From contig CAWJBB010000066.1 in the NCBI GenBank assembly GCA_963840855.1, positions 1-64,000 of the forward strand: a stretch of DNA of 64,000 bases, read 5' to 3'. The notes under the pieces were generated by a model. The model searched no databases. It saw only the letters and a program-made list of their open reading frames with translations, and was not told where the DNA came from. A program made the translations under genes and the position numbers. This stretch comes from an uncultured delta proteobacterium. Its GTDB lineage: Bacteria; Desulfobacterota; Binatia; UBA9968. Of this stretch, positions 39,301 to 47,924 are shown in pieces (position 1 is the first letter of the stretch; each line of letters begins with the position of its first letter).

Positions 39301-40703
39301 GCCATCAGATCAAAACCGATGAACAGCGCCCGCAGTTTGGCGCGCTCGAAGGCAACCAGCAGCGGGCCACCCGCCGCCCGCGCCAATACGATACTGTCGC
39401 CGTCGGCGGCCACACGCAAAGACTCCTGCACATGCATGTCGCCCAGACTCAAGCCCGCGGTAACCGGGTGTTTCGCCAACGGCGCGCTGATACGCGGCGT
39501 TCGCACTTCGCCCTGGAGGCTCAGGGGGAGGTTTGGCGCCACCGTGTTGATGAGAATCACATTGCCTTCGGTAAGTTCGGGAGCCGCCACGCGGTCGAAA
39601 ATAATCACGTCATAAACGTCCCCTCGGCCGCCCTCGCGCCCCGACGCGTCAGGCCTCCAGCTTGTCACAGCGGTCAGTTGCACGTTGGGGAAAAATCTTA
39701 ACAAGTTGCTCAAGGCGGGGTTGCCAGGACCGACATAGAGCAGCCGCACCGGCGCCGCAGCGCTCACCGTGAGTGTGGCGCGATTGTCCGTGGCAAAATC
39801 ATCGTCGATCTCCAGCTGCGCGGTGAGTGTGCCGACGGGAACGCCGTCATAGGGATAAACGAAGACGCGCCGGCCACCGGCCTCGATCATGATTTCCTGG
39901 CGCGCCAGGATCGTTTGTCCCAGCGCCAGCGTGAGTGGTGCCCGCGCGGCTCTAACGCCAAAGTTGCGCACCTGCGCCATCACTTCGTAGCGCTCCGAGC
40001 CGTCTGAATGGCGTCTGAGATCCAACCCGACGATGCCCAGGTTTTCCGCGCCGCCGGGGGTCTTGATCAAGCGCAGGTGCGCTGACTCACGGCTAAATTC
40101 CTCGGCGCCGGTAAAGGCACCGTCGGTAATGACGACGACACGGTCGGGACTGCCCTTTTTCAAAAAGGCATGGGCAAAGAGAATCGCGTCTTTTACACCC
40201 CCGGAAGCATCGACGGGCACAAGGTTCCGTCCGGCTTCCCTTAGCCGCCTTTTATCCGCGGTCAAGGGCACGATCAGACGGGTTTCAGAACCAACCCCGA
40301 TGAGCATCATTTTTCGGTCGGCGGGCAAGGCATCGATCAAGGAGAGAAACTCCCGCCGCGCGGCGTCGAAGCGCGTGCCCGCTGGCCCTTTGGCCTTCAT
40401 ACTGGCGGTCAGATCCATGACCACGACGGTGTCCCCGGCGGGCGCACCGAAATAGAGCAGCGATGGATCGGCCAGAGCCGCGATCAGCAGAATCGCGGCG
40501 AGCAACTGCAAAATCAAAAGCAGATTCTTGCGCAGGAGCCAGCCCAGCCGCGTCGCCAGGGGACGCTCCTTCAACACCCGCTCCCAGATAAAGAGCGTCG
40601 TCGTGCTGACCTTCAATCCCCTTGGCCTGAGACTGTGGAGAAACAGTATCAGGGGCACGGCCCCGAAAATAACCAACAGCGCGGATGGCACGCTCCAAAG
40701 CAT
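36342..40703 (-). CDS. Giant BatA/VWA protein: N-terminal double TM (BatA), VWA, GATase-like, TM, VWA, GATase1-like, VWA
   Basis: N-terminal PLILFLH..LLLILQLL..ALADP; MIDAS-like DLTASM, DVSRSV, DKSGSM; TDG/SDG motifs; GGGLLVVGG..SYGAGGY..TPLERILPV. Confidence 0.85.
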   Translation of the reverse strand: MLWSVPSALLVIFGAVPLILFLHSLRPRGLKVSTTTLFIWERVLKERPLATRLGWLLRKNLLLILQLLAAILLIAALADPSLLYFGAPAGDTVVVMDLTASMKAKGPAGTRFDAARREFLSLIDALPADRKMMLIGVGSETRLIVPLTADKRRLREAGRNLVPVDASGGVKDAILFAHAFLKKGSPDRVVVITDGAFTGAEEFSRESAHLRLIKTPGGAENLGIVGLDLRRHSDGSERYEVMAQVRNFGVRAARAPLTLALGQTILARQEIMIEAGGRRVFVYPYDGVPVGTLTAQLEIDDDFATDNRATLTVSAAAPVRLLYVGPGNPALSNLLRFFPNVQLTAVTSWRPDASGREGGRGDVYDVIIFDRVAAPELTEGNVILINTVAPNLPLSLQGEVRTPRISAPLAKHPVTAGLSLGDMHVQESLRVAADGDSIVLARAAGGPLLVAFERAKLRALFIGFDLMASDLPFRVAFPVLFHNVFEWFQPGRREFPADGVRAGGPVPIFVPPGDGELEITAPSGRKERLAVIRNPVVFGDTLEVGVYTYKSASREGRFAVNLFDEEESNIGARVGATAPAAPPAGRDGGVTEAGFSLWPFLLAAVLLLLAVELILAFRMRLSLSPLVLRVGAVAALILACVNPKIFQAAEALDVILSVDVSRSVGQEGREKARELLEEVAARLTDADTRTGLLTFGRAPEWEFPPRRDFPAADFAARLDREATDVQAALQAGLAQIGEGRQGKLLLLSDGNENRGDSSRIIPLLRSQGTQVWTLPVSLARGRNEVFLSDLVLPRQVDSAEAFEVSGKIESLRDAPARVKLLRDGVLAGERELQLKAGVNEIGFRDSLGERGSHSYELLVEAKDDTLAENNLLQGVVEVKGPPRVLLLSSQPDSQRFLARVLRVQGFTVTESAPEASALALPELSSYDLVILDNVPAFHLTHAKMENIETYVRDLGGGLLVVGGSQSYGAGGYFRTPLERILPVEMRPPARLDLPHVALLFVLDKSGSMGAGPEGGTKLDLAKAAAIAAADIMNPTDQIGILAFDAAWDWTLPFRPVGKGEWINDKLAALQSDGGTDMYKAMVEARRAIIGKEAAIKHVIVLSDGLTDKADFQSLVQQLGRAGVTVSTVSVGNDADVKLMAEIAREGKGRGYVALDPQTIPQIFTTETLLISRDLLIEKTFAPRVTAPAGPLRGIAQGSLPRLRGYVLTYPKQRSELLMKAGEDPLLVSWRHGLGRVMAFTSDLSGRWGKEWVAWQGLPQWAGQLARDTMRKIVETRMRAEFHADGDAVRVVADFISKDGQFMNHLKLYGNVTAPNRSTQKNTLLQSAPGRYEGKFTPAERGIHFVTLFAEGNAGEAPSSVVTIPYVAPYPKEYRELRPNLALLSRLAEETGGEMLDPENFSAGLRRLYTPSPGRASRGHETWWPLAGAGLILFLADLVMRSWPRQARMTLAQH

Positions 40704-40706
40704 GGT

Positions 40707-41783
40707 TCAAGTTACGCTGCTGACCTGGCGCAGCGATTTCAGCACGAACTCGTCGAAAGGAACCTGAGTCGTGGTGCGCAGATAATCGATCCCGAGGCTC
40801 GCGCAAGCCGATTCGATGTCGCGAAAATAGTTCGCCAGTTCCTCTTGAAAGCGGCGCGCGAGCTCCGCGTCCACGAACAACCGGCGCTCGCGGCGGCCCT
40901 CCGCGTCCACCAGCGCCACGTCGCCCCAAAAGCCGGGCTGCGTCTCTTCCTCGTCGAGAATATGGATGATCAAGATCTGGTATTTTTTTCGCGCCAGTTC
41001 CTCCACCGCGGCACGCCAACCCGCCGGATCGAACAAGTCACTCACGACCACCGCGAGACCGGGATGAGGAAACAAGGTGGTAAACTTGTGTATGGCCGCC
41101 CGGAGATCAGTTGGGCCGGCGCAGGAAAGCCGGTTGAGGAAGCCAAAGAGACGGAGAATTTGCGTTCGTCCCCGGCCTAATTTAAGCGGCGCCTGTAAGG
41201 TGGAAGAAAACGCCGCGCCGCCGACGCGGTCGAGATTTTTAAGCCCGATATAACCAAGGGCCGCCGCGACTTTTTTTGCGTAGCCGATCTTCGCCGACTC
41301 GACTTCGGCCGTAGCGGCCGAACAAGCCATAGACCCGCTCGTGTCAACCAGGAGATAAATGTTCATCTCTTCCTCGGCGGTGAACACTTTGAGCAGCAGC
41401 CGGTCGAGGCGGCGGTAAATATTCCAATCGACGTAGCGCAGATCATCGCCGCGTTGGTATCGGCGGTAATCCGAGAACTCCAGACTGTAACCCTTGCGCG
41501 AAGCCGCGTGTTCGCCCTTGGCCCCCGCCCAGTCGAGGCGCTTGGCAATCAAGTGCAGCCGTTCGAGTTTTTTCAGAAAGTCGGCATCAAAGAACGTTTC
41601 GGGTCTTGAGTCCAGGGTCTCGTGTTGCGGGCCTGTCGGTTTTTGCGGCTGTGTGTCGCTAAAATTGTCACTCCATCCTCTGCGCAGAATCTTCGCGCCG
41701 GAACCACGCAGAAACTTCAAGAAAAACGCCGCGACCCGCGCGGGCGCAGACCCTAGACCTGAGACTCGAGACTCTAGACTCAT
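40707..41783 (-). CDS. DUF58 family protein
   Basis: EFSDYRRYQRGDDLRYVDW, DTSGSM and VSDLFD motifs; about 60-aa repeat-derived N-extension. Confidence 0.9.
   Translation of the reverse strand: MSLESRVSGLGSAPARVAAFFLKFLRGSGAKILRRGWSDNFSDTQPQKPTGPQHETLDSRPETFFDADFLKKLERLHLIAKRLDWAGAKGEHAASRKGYSLEFSDYRRYQRGDDLRYVDWNIYRRLDRLLLKVFTAEEEMNIYLLVDTSGSMACSAATAEVESAKIGYAKKVAAALGYIGLKNLDRVGGAAFSSTLQAPLKLGRGRTQILRLFGFLNRLSCAGPTDLRAAIHKFTTLFPHPGLAVVVSDLFDPAGWRAAVEELARKKYQILIIHILDEEETQPGFWGDVALVDAEGRRERRLFVDAELARRFQEELANYFRDIESACASLGIDYLRTTTQVPFDEFVLKSLRQVSSVT
41601..41780. repeat. Inverted GAGTCT/AGACTC heptamer arms inside the DUF58 5' end
   Basis: gggtcttgagtccagggtctc ... agaccctagacctgagactcgagactctagact. 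Confidence 0.7.
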
Positions 41784-41791
41784 GGTTTTTC

Positions 41792-42799
41792 TTATAGAAC
41801 TTCCGGCACCTGCCGAACGACTTCGGCAAGAATTTTTTCCGCGTTGATCCCTTCGGCATCCGCCTCCAGGTTGAGAATCAAGCGATGACGCAGGCTGGGC
41901 GCGATCATCGACCGAATATCCTCGAAAGAAACATTGGGCCGGCCCGACAACAGCGCCCGCGCCTTGCCCGCGAGAATCAAGCTTTGCAGCCCCCTGGGGC
42001 TGGAGCCGTAGTGCACGAAGCGGCGCGCTAGCTCAACGCCACTGTCGTCGGCTTCCCGCCCCGGGTGGGTGGCGAGGATCAAGCGCACGGCGTAGTCCTT
42101 CACCGTCGCCGCCAGCGGCACTTCACGCACCCACTGACGGATCTCCAGGATCGCCGCGCCGTCCAAGACCTCCCTGAGCACTCCCGGCGGAGCCGCTGTG
42201 GTAAGGTCGGCTATCCGGCTCAGCTCTTCGCGGCTGGGATATTCCAGCAGCAGCTTGAAGAAAAAACGGTCCACCTGCGCCTCCGGCAGAGGGTACGTGC
42301 CTTCCATCTCCAGCGGGTTTTGGGTCGCGAGCACCATGAATGGACTTTCCAGACGGTGCCCCTTGCCGCCTACAGTAACGCTCTGCTCTTGCATCGCTTC
42401 CAAAAGCGCTGACTGCGTCTTAGGCGTGGCGCGGTTGATTTCGTCGGCGAGAACGATATTGGCGAAGATCGGACCGCTCTGGAACTCGAAGATCTTCCGC
42501 CCCGACGGATCGTCGGCGAGCAGGTTGGTGCCCGTGATGTCCGCCGGCATCAAATCCGGCGTGAATTGGACACGCGAGAAGCTCAGGCTGAGGATCTCGC
42601 CGAGACTGCGCACCATCAGCGTCTTACCCAATCCGGGGACGCCTTCGAGCAAACAGTGGCCGCCGCAGACCAGGGCGATAAAAACCTGCTCGATCAACGC
42701 TTCGTGGCCGACAATCATTCGCGCCATTTCGCTTTTCAGTTCCGCAAACGAACGGCGCGCGCGCCCGATGCGTTGCTCAATGTCTTCAACGGATTCCAT
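41792..42799 (-). CDS. moxR: MoxR family AAA+ ATPase
   Basis: LEGVPGLGKT, FTPDLMPADITG, LADEINRATPKTQSALLEAM and ATQNPLEMEGTYPLPEAQVDRF motifs. Confidence 0.93.
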   Translation of the reverse strand: MESVEDIEQRIGRARRSFAELKSEMARMIVGHEALIEQVFIALVCGGHCLLEGVPGLGKTLMVRSLGEILSLSFSRVQFTPDLMPADITGTNLLADDPSGRKIFEFQSGPIFANIVLADEINRATPKTQSALLEAMQEQSVTVGGKGHRLESPFMVLATQNPLEMEGTYPLPEAQVDRFFFKLLLEYPSREELSRIADLTTAAPPGVLREVLDGAAILEIRQWVREVPLAATVKDYAVRLILATHPGREADDSGVELARRFVHYGSSPRGLQSLILAGKARALLSGRPNVSFEDIRSMIAPSLRHRLILNLEADAEGINAEKILAEVVRQVPEVL

Positions 42800-42825
42800 G
42801 ATCAGGCTCCCGATCAAATCCAAGC

Positions 42826-42941
42826 AATGGCGTGCTGGACGCACTGGAATGATGGGTGAGTCATCCTCCAACATTCCATCCCTCCATCAGTTGGATCCCT
42901 CATTCCACCAATATTCCAGTCTTCCATCGTTCCATATTCCA
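42826..42941. repeat. Inverted octamer-like array: TGGAAT-like x4 and TTCCA-like x8
   Basis: About 8-nt periodicity of TGG, then of TCCA, upstream of moxR. Confidence 0.7.
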
Positions 42942-42948
42942 ATCTTCG

Positions 42949-44340
42949 TCATTTCGCCTTTTCCAGCGAGAGAAAATAATTCTTTATCGTGTCCTTCAGC
43001 TCCGCGGGAATTTTTTCTGTGTTGAGCTCCGCTTCCGCCTGGCGCCGGTAGCTGGCGATCACTTCGTCTTGGGAAAGTTTGCTCTTGCCGGGAGCTGGTT
43101 TGGCCTTGAAAAAGATGCCGCTTCGCTCGCCTTCGCCGATCATGCCCTTCACTTGAGCGCGCGCTCCGCCTTGAAACTCCGGCAGCGATGGCGCTTGTGC
43201 CAAATTCTTTCCGGGCTCCTCTCCCGGCGCGGTGCCGGCATTTCTTTCACGCTGGCCGTCACCCGGGGTGTCCTGCTCTTTATTCCCGTCGGCTCGCGCC
43301 TGGGCGTCGCCTTGCTGGCCTTGGCCACGCTGCGCCAGCTGCTGCAGAAACTGTTCCGCTTCCAGGAGAGTGCGCCGATCGAGTTCACCGGCAACCTGTT
43401 GTTCCAATTTGTCGAGGAAAGATTTCATCTCGCCGCGGCTCAGCCCCTGGGCGCCGCGATTTTGCTGGTCCAATTGTTTATTGAATTGGCTTAAACCGGC
43501 GAAACGGTCTTGCCAGGATTGCCCTTCGCCGTCCGCCGAGTTGAACCATTCGCGCGCGGCTTCCAGCTCAGCTCTGAGATCTTCGAGCTGCTGGCGGCTT
43601 TCAGCCACGCCGAATGGCGCTTGCCCGGCAGTGTTCCTTTCCGCTGCCATTTTTTTCGCCATGCCGGCCAGTTCGCTTTTGAATTGTTCATCGGCGGCCT
43701 TGGCATCGATGCCCCGCTGCGCGATCTTTTCCAGCTCGCGGCCGGCTTTGAGCGTCTGTGGCAAACTTTCGCTTTGCGCTTTCTCTTGGAGCTGGCGCGC
43801 GAACTCCCGCAGTTTTTGTGACAGCGAAGGCGGATGGCCCGGCCCGACGCGGTGAGCCTGAAACCCGGTATCGAAAAAGAGCATTGCCAGCCACAGCGCC
43901 AGCAGCGGCGCGATGAAATAGCCGTGCCAGCCCCATGAGCGTGGAAACAGCGCACGCGCGTCGAAGCTTTTTAGCTTGTCGCTCGCCTGGCGCAGCACCA
44001 AAAGCGCCACGGCTTTCGTTTCATTGCGCCGTAAAAGCTCCCAGGCCGTGGTGGCGCGCTCATCGAGACGGAGCGTCTTATCGAGAGCCGCCAGCGCCCG
44101 CGCCGTATCCTGGTCGCGCCAGCGCCGCGTGAAAAGTAAATAGGGCGTCAGCAGGGCGAAAACCGCCACCGGCGCCGCCCAGGCCCAGCCGCGCGAAATA
44201 GAAACAAATAGTGGCGCGCACATCGCCCCCAGGAGCGCATAAAACAGCGCCACGATGAGAGTCGCTTCGTGCCGTTTACGCTTCTCCCAGCCGAGCAGCC
44301 GGGAGAATTGAGTTTGCAGCGTTTCTCTATCGGTGCCCAA
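42949..44340 (-). CDS. Membrane-anchored coiled-coil protein (DUF4175-like)
   Basis: Three TM helices, ALAALDKTLRLDERATTAWE, Q/E-rich coiled coil, C-terminal IPAELKDTIKNYF; TTG start. Confidence 0.7.
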   Translation of the reverse strand: MGTDRETLQTQFSRLLGWEKRKRHEATLIVALFYALLGAMCAPLFVSISRGWAWAAPVAVFALLTPYLLFTRRWRDQDTARALAALDKTLRLDERATTAWELLRRNETKAVALLVLRQASDKLKSFDARALFPRSWGWHGYFIAPLLALWLAMLFFDTGFQAHRVGPGHPPSLSQKLREFARQLQEKAQSESLPQTLKAGRELEKIAQRGIDAKAADEQFKSELAGMAKKMAAERNTAGQAPFGVAESRQQLEDLRAELEAAREWFNSADGEGQSWQDRFAGLSQFNKQLDQQNRGAQGLSRGEMKSFLDKLEQQVAGELDRRTLLEAEQFLQQLAQRGQGQQGDAQARADGNKEQDTPGDGQRERNAGTAPGEEPGKNLAQAPSLPEFQGGARAQVKGMIGEGERSGIFFKAKPAPGKSKLSQDEVIASYRRQAEAELNTEKIPAELKDTIKNYFLSLEKAK

Positions 44341-44342
44341 GC

Positions 44343-45077
44343 TTACAGACCTCGTTTTAGCGCCCAGCGGTGGGCGGCCAGCCCGGCGCCGCCGAGCGCC
44401 AGGTGAAAACCAAAATGGACACTGTTGGCCGACCACTTCACTCCGGCGATGCTCAGCGGCGCCAACTCTTGCCGTCCAAGAACCGCGAGCAGATAGGCCA
44501 CCGGGTTGAGCGGCAGGTAAACCAGCAGTGAAGCCACCGTCACAAAGAAAAAGAAACAACGAATAACCACCTGGCGGCTCTCCGGCCGGCGCTCCCATAA
44601 AACCAACGCTACGAGCCCCCAGACGCCGTAGCAAAGGGCATAAAAAGGTATCAGCGCCAGCGTCGCGGCCAAGCCGACCAGCGGCGCGCGCGCGATCGCC
44701 GCTGCCCAGATTAACAAGGGCGCGCTTAAGAGCAGCGAACAAACGATATGCACGACGAGAAACTCCGCTTGGCCTTTCGCCACGACGCCGGCCGGTTGGC
44801 CGCTGTCGCGCAGCCAGTGTTTAAGCGGCTTAAAGCGCCATGGCGCAAATTCCTGGTTCGCCACCCGCAACGCGAAATAAACGATCAGCAGTACAGCGGT
44901 AGACGAGCAGACTTTGAAGAGATTGCCCGAGCCGCTCCACATCTGCGCGTCCAGTGACGGCAGATAAAGCGCTAGAAACTCGACCGGCGCGAGAATGATC
45001 AGCAGGTAGAAATAAACCGGCAGACCATGTCCTTCAGCAAAAAAAACCTCGAGGCTTTCGCGCAGTACGGGATTCAT
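44343..45077 (-). CDS. Six-TM membrane protein (ABC-2/GldF permease-like)
   Basis: MNPVL start, six hydrophobic helices, LNP motif. Confidence 0.6.
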   Translation of the reverse strand: MNPVLRESLEVFFAEGHGLPVYFYLLIILAPVEFLALYLPSLDAQMWSGSGNLFKVCSSTAVLLIVYFALRVANQEFAPWRFKPLKHWLRDSGQPAGVVAKGQAEFLVVHIVCSLLLSAPLLIWAAAIARAPLVGLAATLALIPFYALCYGVWGLVALVLWERRPESRQVVIRCFFFFVTVASLLVYLPLNPVAYLLAVLGRQELAPLSIAGVKWSANSVHFGFHLALGGAGLAAHRWALKRGL

Positions 45078-47095
45078 TCTTCCTCCGCTCCTGCCAACGG
45101 AACGATCACGCGGTAGAGCGCGTAGTTGTGCACCCGGATACGCGGATCGTCGATCTCGACCCGCGGTTCGGGGTCTCTCACCCAGCCGAAAAAGAGCGCC
45201 GCGCCGCTGCGCCAGGGGGCTTCCGCGCCGTCTCGGGGAAAAAACGAAGCGTGAAATAAGATATCGCGGGTCTTGTCGTTGAACGTCATCTCGCGCAGAC
45301 TCACCTCGTCGGCGCTCCGCCCGCGGTTTTGCTCGCCGTTATTGCCGCCAGCGGCGCCGGCCAGCGGAAATGCTTTCGTCCAGCTCTCGCCCTTGGGCAA
45401 ATCACCCAGCGCGATGCGCGTCCCCGGCGCCACCAACCAGCAGTCGGTCAAGTCCTTGCCGCTCTGGTTTTGGACCTTAAGCAATAATTGCTCTCCCTGT
45501 CGCTCGATGGCGGCGCTGAGCGCTAAACGTTCCAGGTAACGGGCGCGCAAAAGCTTAAAGCCCCACTCTTTGAGGGGCAGTTGCACGCGCGTGGCGCCGC
45601 CGCCATGCCGATACACAAGCGATTGCCCTGGTTGCGCGTAAGCCGGCGCCGCAAGCGGCATCAAATCCATCCAGCCTCGCCCGAAGGCAAGACTATACTC
45701 GCGGAGCTGCGTCGAAAACAATGCCAGGTTGGTCTGCGCCTCGACGTAACCGTCGCCGGCATTTTCCATCACGGTCGCCGCCAACAGGACGCCATCTGGC
45801 ACCTGTCCGCCGCGGCTGAAGAAAAGATAGCCGGCGGCGGCGGCGCATAAAATCCAGCCGCAGCAACACAGCGCCAGCGTGCGCCGCGTAATGCGCCGGC
45901 CCTGCCAAAGCCACGACAGCACGAAGACACCGGCGAGGTAGCCAACAATGGCAAAAAATAGCGAGCCGGTCGGAATGTAAGAGGAAATGAACGACGGACT
46001 GAGCAAGAGCTGGGAGAAAATCGCCTCGCTCCACTGCGGGCGCAAAGACAGGTTTTTATCCACAGCCGGCGTCAAAAGATTTTGCAAAAACTTCGGGAGG
46101 CCGTTCCAGGTTGACATTGGTGGCCGGCCGGCGTCCAGCGCCAGATAAATGACCTTGCCCTTGCCCCAGTCGTTTTCGACAATCACCGGCAGGCCTTGGG
46201 ACTCGGTCACTGTTTTACCTCTGAGGACGGTGGCTGTCTGAGCCCACACGTCGGCGATAGCCGGGCCTTTGCCGGCTTCCCCGTGCGCAACGAATGCGGT
46301 TCGTTTGACTCCGGTGACTCGCACCGGCAGATAACGCCCTAGCTGTGGCTCCTGGTACAACGTAAAATTCAAGCTGCCGATGATCACCATCCTGCCGCCC
46401 GCCGCCAGCCAATCATCGAGAGCGAGCAACTGCGCCCGGGAAAGATCGCGTAGGGACTGATCGTAAAGAACAAGGTGGGAAACTCCGAGCAAAGCCCGCG
46501 GTTCCAGCGGCAATTCCGCCAGGGTCAGCGCCACGACCCGGTTGGTCAACGACGCGCCTAGGGAAGTTAAGGGAACTGCGCTACCCTCGCTAACTGACAA
46601 TACCACTGGCGCGGGTGAAAAGTGGCGACGCAAATCCAGCTCCCGTGACGCGGTCGCTGCCGGACTGGTGAATTGGATTTTCAGCGGCCGGCTGAGGAAA
46701 TCCGGATCGATGGTGAACTGCACGCTCCGGCGCGAGCGCGCCGGCAAGAAAACTTCCCGGCGATGAAAGGTCGGGTACGGAACGCCACCCTGGGTTGCGC
46801 CACCTTTCCAGACCTGAATTTCCAGGATGCCGTCGGCAGGCCGGCCGATATTGGCGAGGTTCACTTCCAGCGGAAAAGGACGGCCCAACTGAAACACGCC
46901 GTGGAAACCGACTTTGGGCTCGATCAGGATCTCCGCTGCCGCTGCGGCGGGCAAAAGAATGCTCAGTAGTAAAAAAACGGGGAGGACACGGAAGGTTGAT
47001 CGGGGCCGGCGAATAGAGAAGATCACTCCCGCGCGACGGCCGGCTCGCGCCTGGGATAAAACCGCAGGGACAGCCTTTTCGGTTGAAAAGGGCAT
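45074..47095 (-). CDS. Secreted/membrane protein with GATase-like domain
   Basis: Signal peptide; LSRAQLLALDDWLAAGGRMVI and WGKGKV motifs; two central TM helices. Confidence 0.7.
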   Translation of the reverse strand: MPFSTEKAVPAVLSQARAGRRAGVIFSIRRPRSTFRVLPVFLLLSILLPAAAAAEILIEPKVGFHGVFQLGRPFPLEVNLANIGRPADGILEIQVWKGGATQGGVPYPTFHRREVFLPARSRRSVQFTIDPDFLSRPLKIQFTSPAATASRELDLRRHFSPAPVVLSVSEGSAVPLTSLGASLTNRVVALTLAELPLEPRALLGVSHLVLYDQSLRDLSRAQLLALDDWLAAGGRMVIIGSLNFTLYQEPQLGRYLPVRVTGVKRTAFVAHGEAGKGPAIADVWAQTATVLRGKTVTESQGLPVIVENDWGKGKVIYLALDAGRPPMSTWNGLPKFLQNLLTPAVDKNLSLRPQWSEAIFSQLLLSPSFISSYIPTGSLFFAIVGYLAGVFVLSWLWQGRRITRRTLALCCCGWILCAAAAGYLFFSRGGQVPDGVLLAATVMENAGDGYVEAQTNLALFSTQLREYSLAFGRGWMDLMPLAAPAYAQPGQSLVYRHGGGATRVQLPLKEWGFKLLRARYLERLALSAAIERQGEQLLLKVQNQSGKDLTDCWLVAPGTRIALGDLPKGESWTKAFPLAGAAGGNNGEQNRGRSADEVSLREMTFNDKTRDILFHASFFPRDGAEAPWRSGAALFFGWVRDPEPRVEIDDPRIRVHNYALYRVIVPLAGAEEE

Positions 47096-47136
47096 GGGGC
47101 CTTTCCAAATCGGCCCGCCCCACCGCCAGCCGAGAG

Positions 47137-47619
47137 CTACTCGAGATACTCGACGCTCAGGATCTCGAGCGTACGAACGCCCGTCGGGGTGCGGACCTGA
47201 ACTTCGTCTCCCTCGCTCTTACCGATCAACGCACGCGCAACGGGAGAGCTGATGGAAATTTTGCCGTTCTTCGGCTCCGCTTCATGGTCGCCGACGATTT
47301 GGTATATCACCTTGTCGCCGGTATCACCATCGGCCAGCGACACCGTCGCGCCAAAGACGACTTTGTCTCCCGACAATTTCGACACATCGATGACCTGCGC
47401 GCGCGCCAGCTTGTCCTCGATCTCGCGAATCTGGACATCGAGCAACGATTGGCGTTCCTTCGCGGCGTGAAATTCGGCGTTTTCCGAAAGATCGCCGTGA
47501 TCACGCGCCTCTTCGATATCGCGCACGTTCTTGGGGCGTTCCACCGTTTTCAGACGCTTTAAATCGTCCATCAAACGTTGATGCCCCTTGGTGGTCATCG
47601 GTACGCTGGCATCTGCCAT
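47137..47619 (-). CDS. greA: Transcription elongation factor GreA
   Basis: ARDHGDLSENAEFHAAKE and IS.SSPVARALIGK motifs. Confidence 0.96.
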   Translation of the reverse strand: MADASVPMTTKGHQRLMDDLKRLKTVERPKNVRDIEEARDHGDLSENAEFHAAKERQSLLDVQIREIEDKLARAQVIDVSKLSGDKVVFGATVSLADGDTGDKVIYQIVGDHEAEPKNGKISISSPVARALIGKSEGDEVQVRTPTGVRTLEILSVEYLE

Positions 47620-47635
47620 AACCCCACTCCTGGAA

Positions 47636-47670
47636 TAAAATAAAAACCCCTCGGAATTACTCCCGAGAGG
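47636..47670 (-). terminator. Intrinsic terminator in the greA 5' leader
   Basis: CCTCTCGGGA-GTAA-TTCCGAGGGG then TTTTTATTTT, immediately before the RBS. Confidence 0.75.
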
Positions 47671-47687
47671 CCTTTAGAATTTGGCTG

Positions 47688-47716
47688 ATTGCACCGGTTG
47701 CTTGTCGCTTCGTCAA
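47688..47716 (-). promoter_or_regulatory. Sigma70-like greA promoter
   Basis: TTGACG-17 nt-TGCAAT on the minus strand. Confidence 0.6.
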
Positions 47717-47767
47717 GACTACCCATCCGGCGGCGATAAATCAACCGTTGCGGGGCTCGCTCGCGCG

Positions 47768-47851
47768 GTTCAAGGTTCAATATTCAAGGCGGAACCCGAA
47801 AACCGTAAAACCCCGAACCTCCTACGTTGAAATTGAACCTTGAACTTAAAT
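47768..47851. repeat. Inverted heptamer array: (GTTCAAN)x3, spacer, (TTGAAC)x3
   Basis: Between the oppF stop and the greA promoter. Confidence 0.82.
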
Positions 47852-47924
47852 TCACCTCAAGCCGAAGGTTGCCAACTCAAAGACCACTTTCTTGAATCCA
47901 AACCCGGGTTCGGCGACGATTTTT

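Noticed and set aside
44341-44742. N-terminal 134 aa of the 597-aa ORF
   Set aside because: It overlaps the upstream membrane gene; TTG 44340 with a GAGG RBS is the better start
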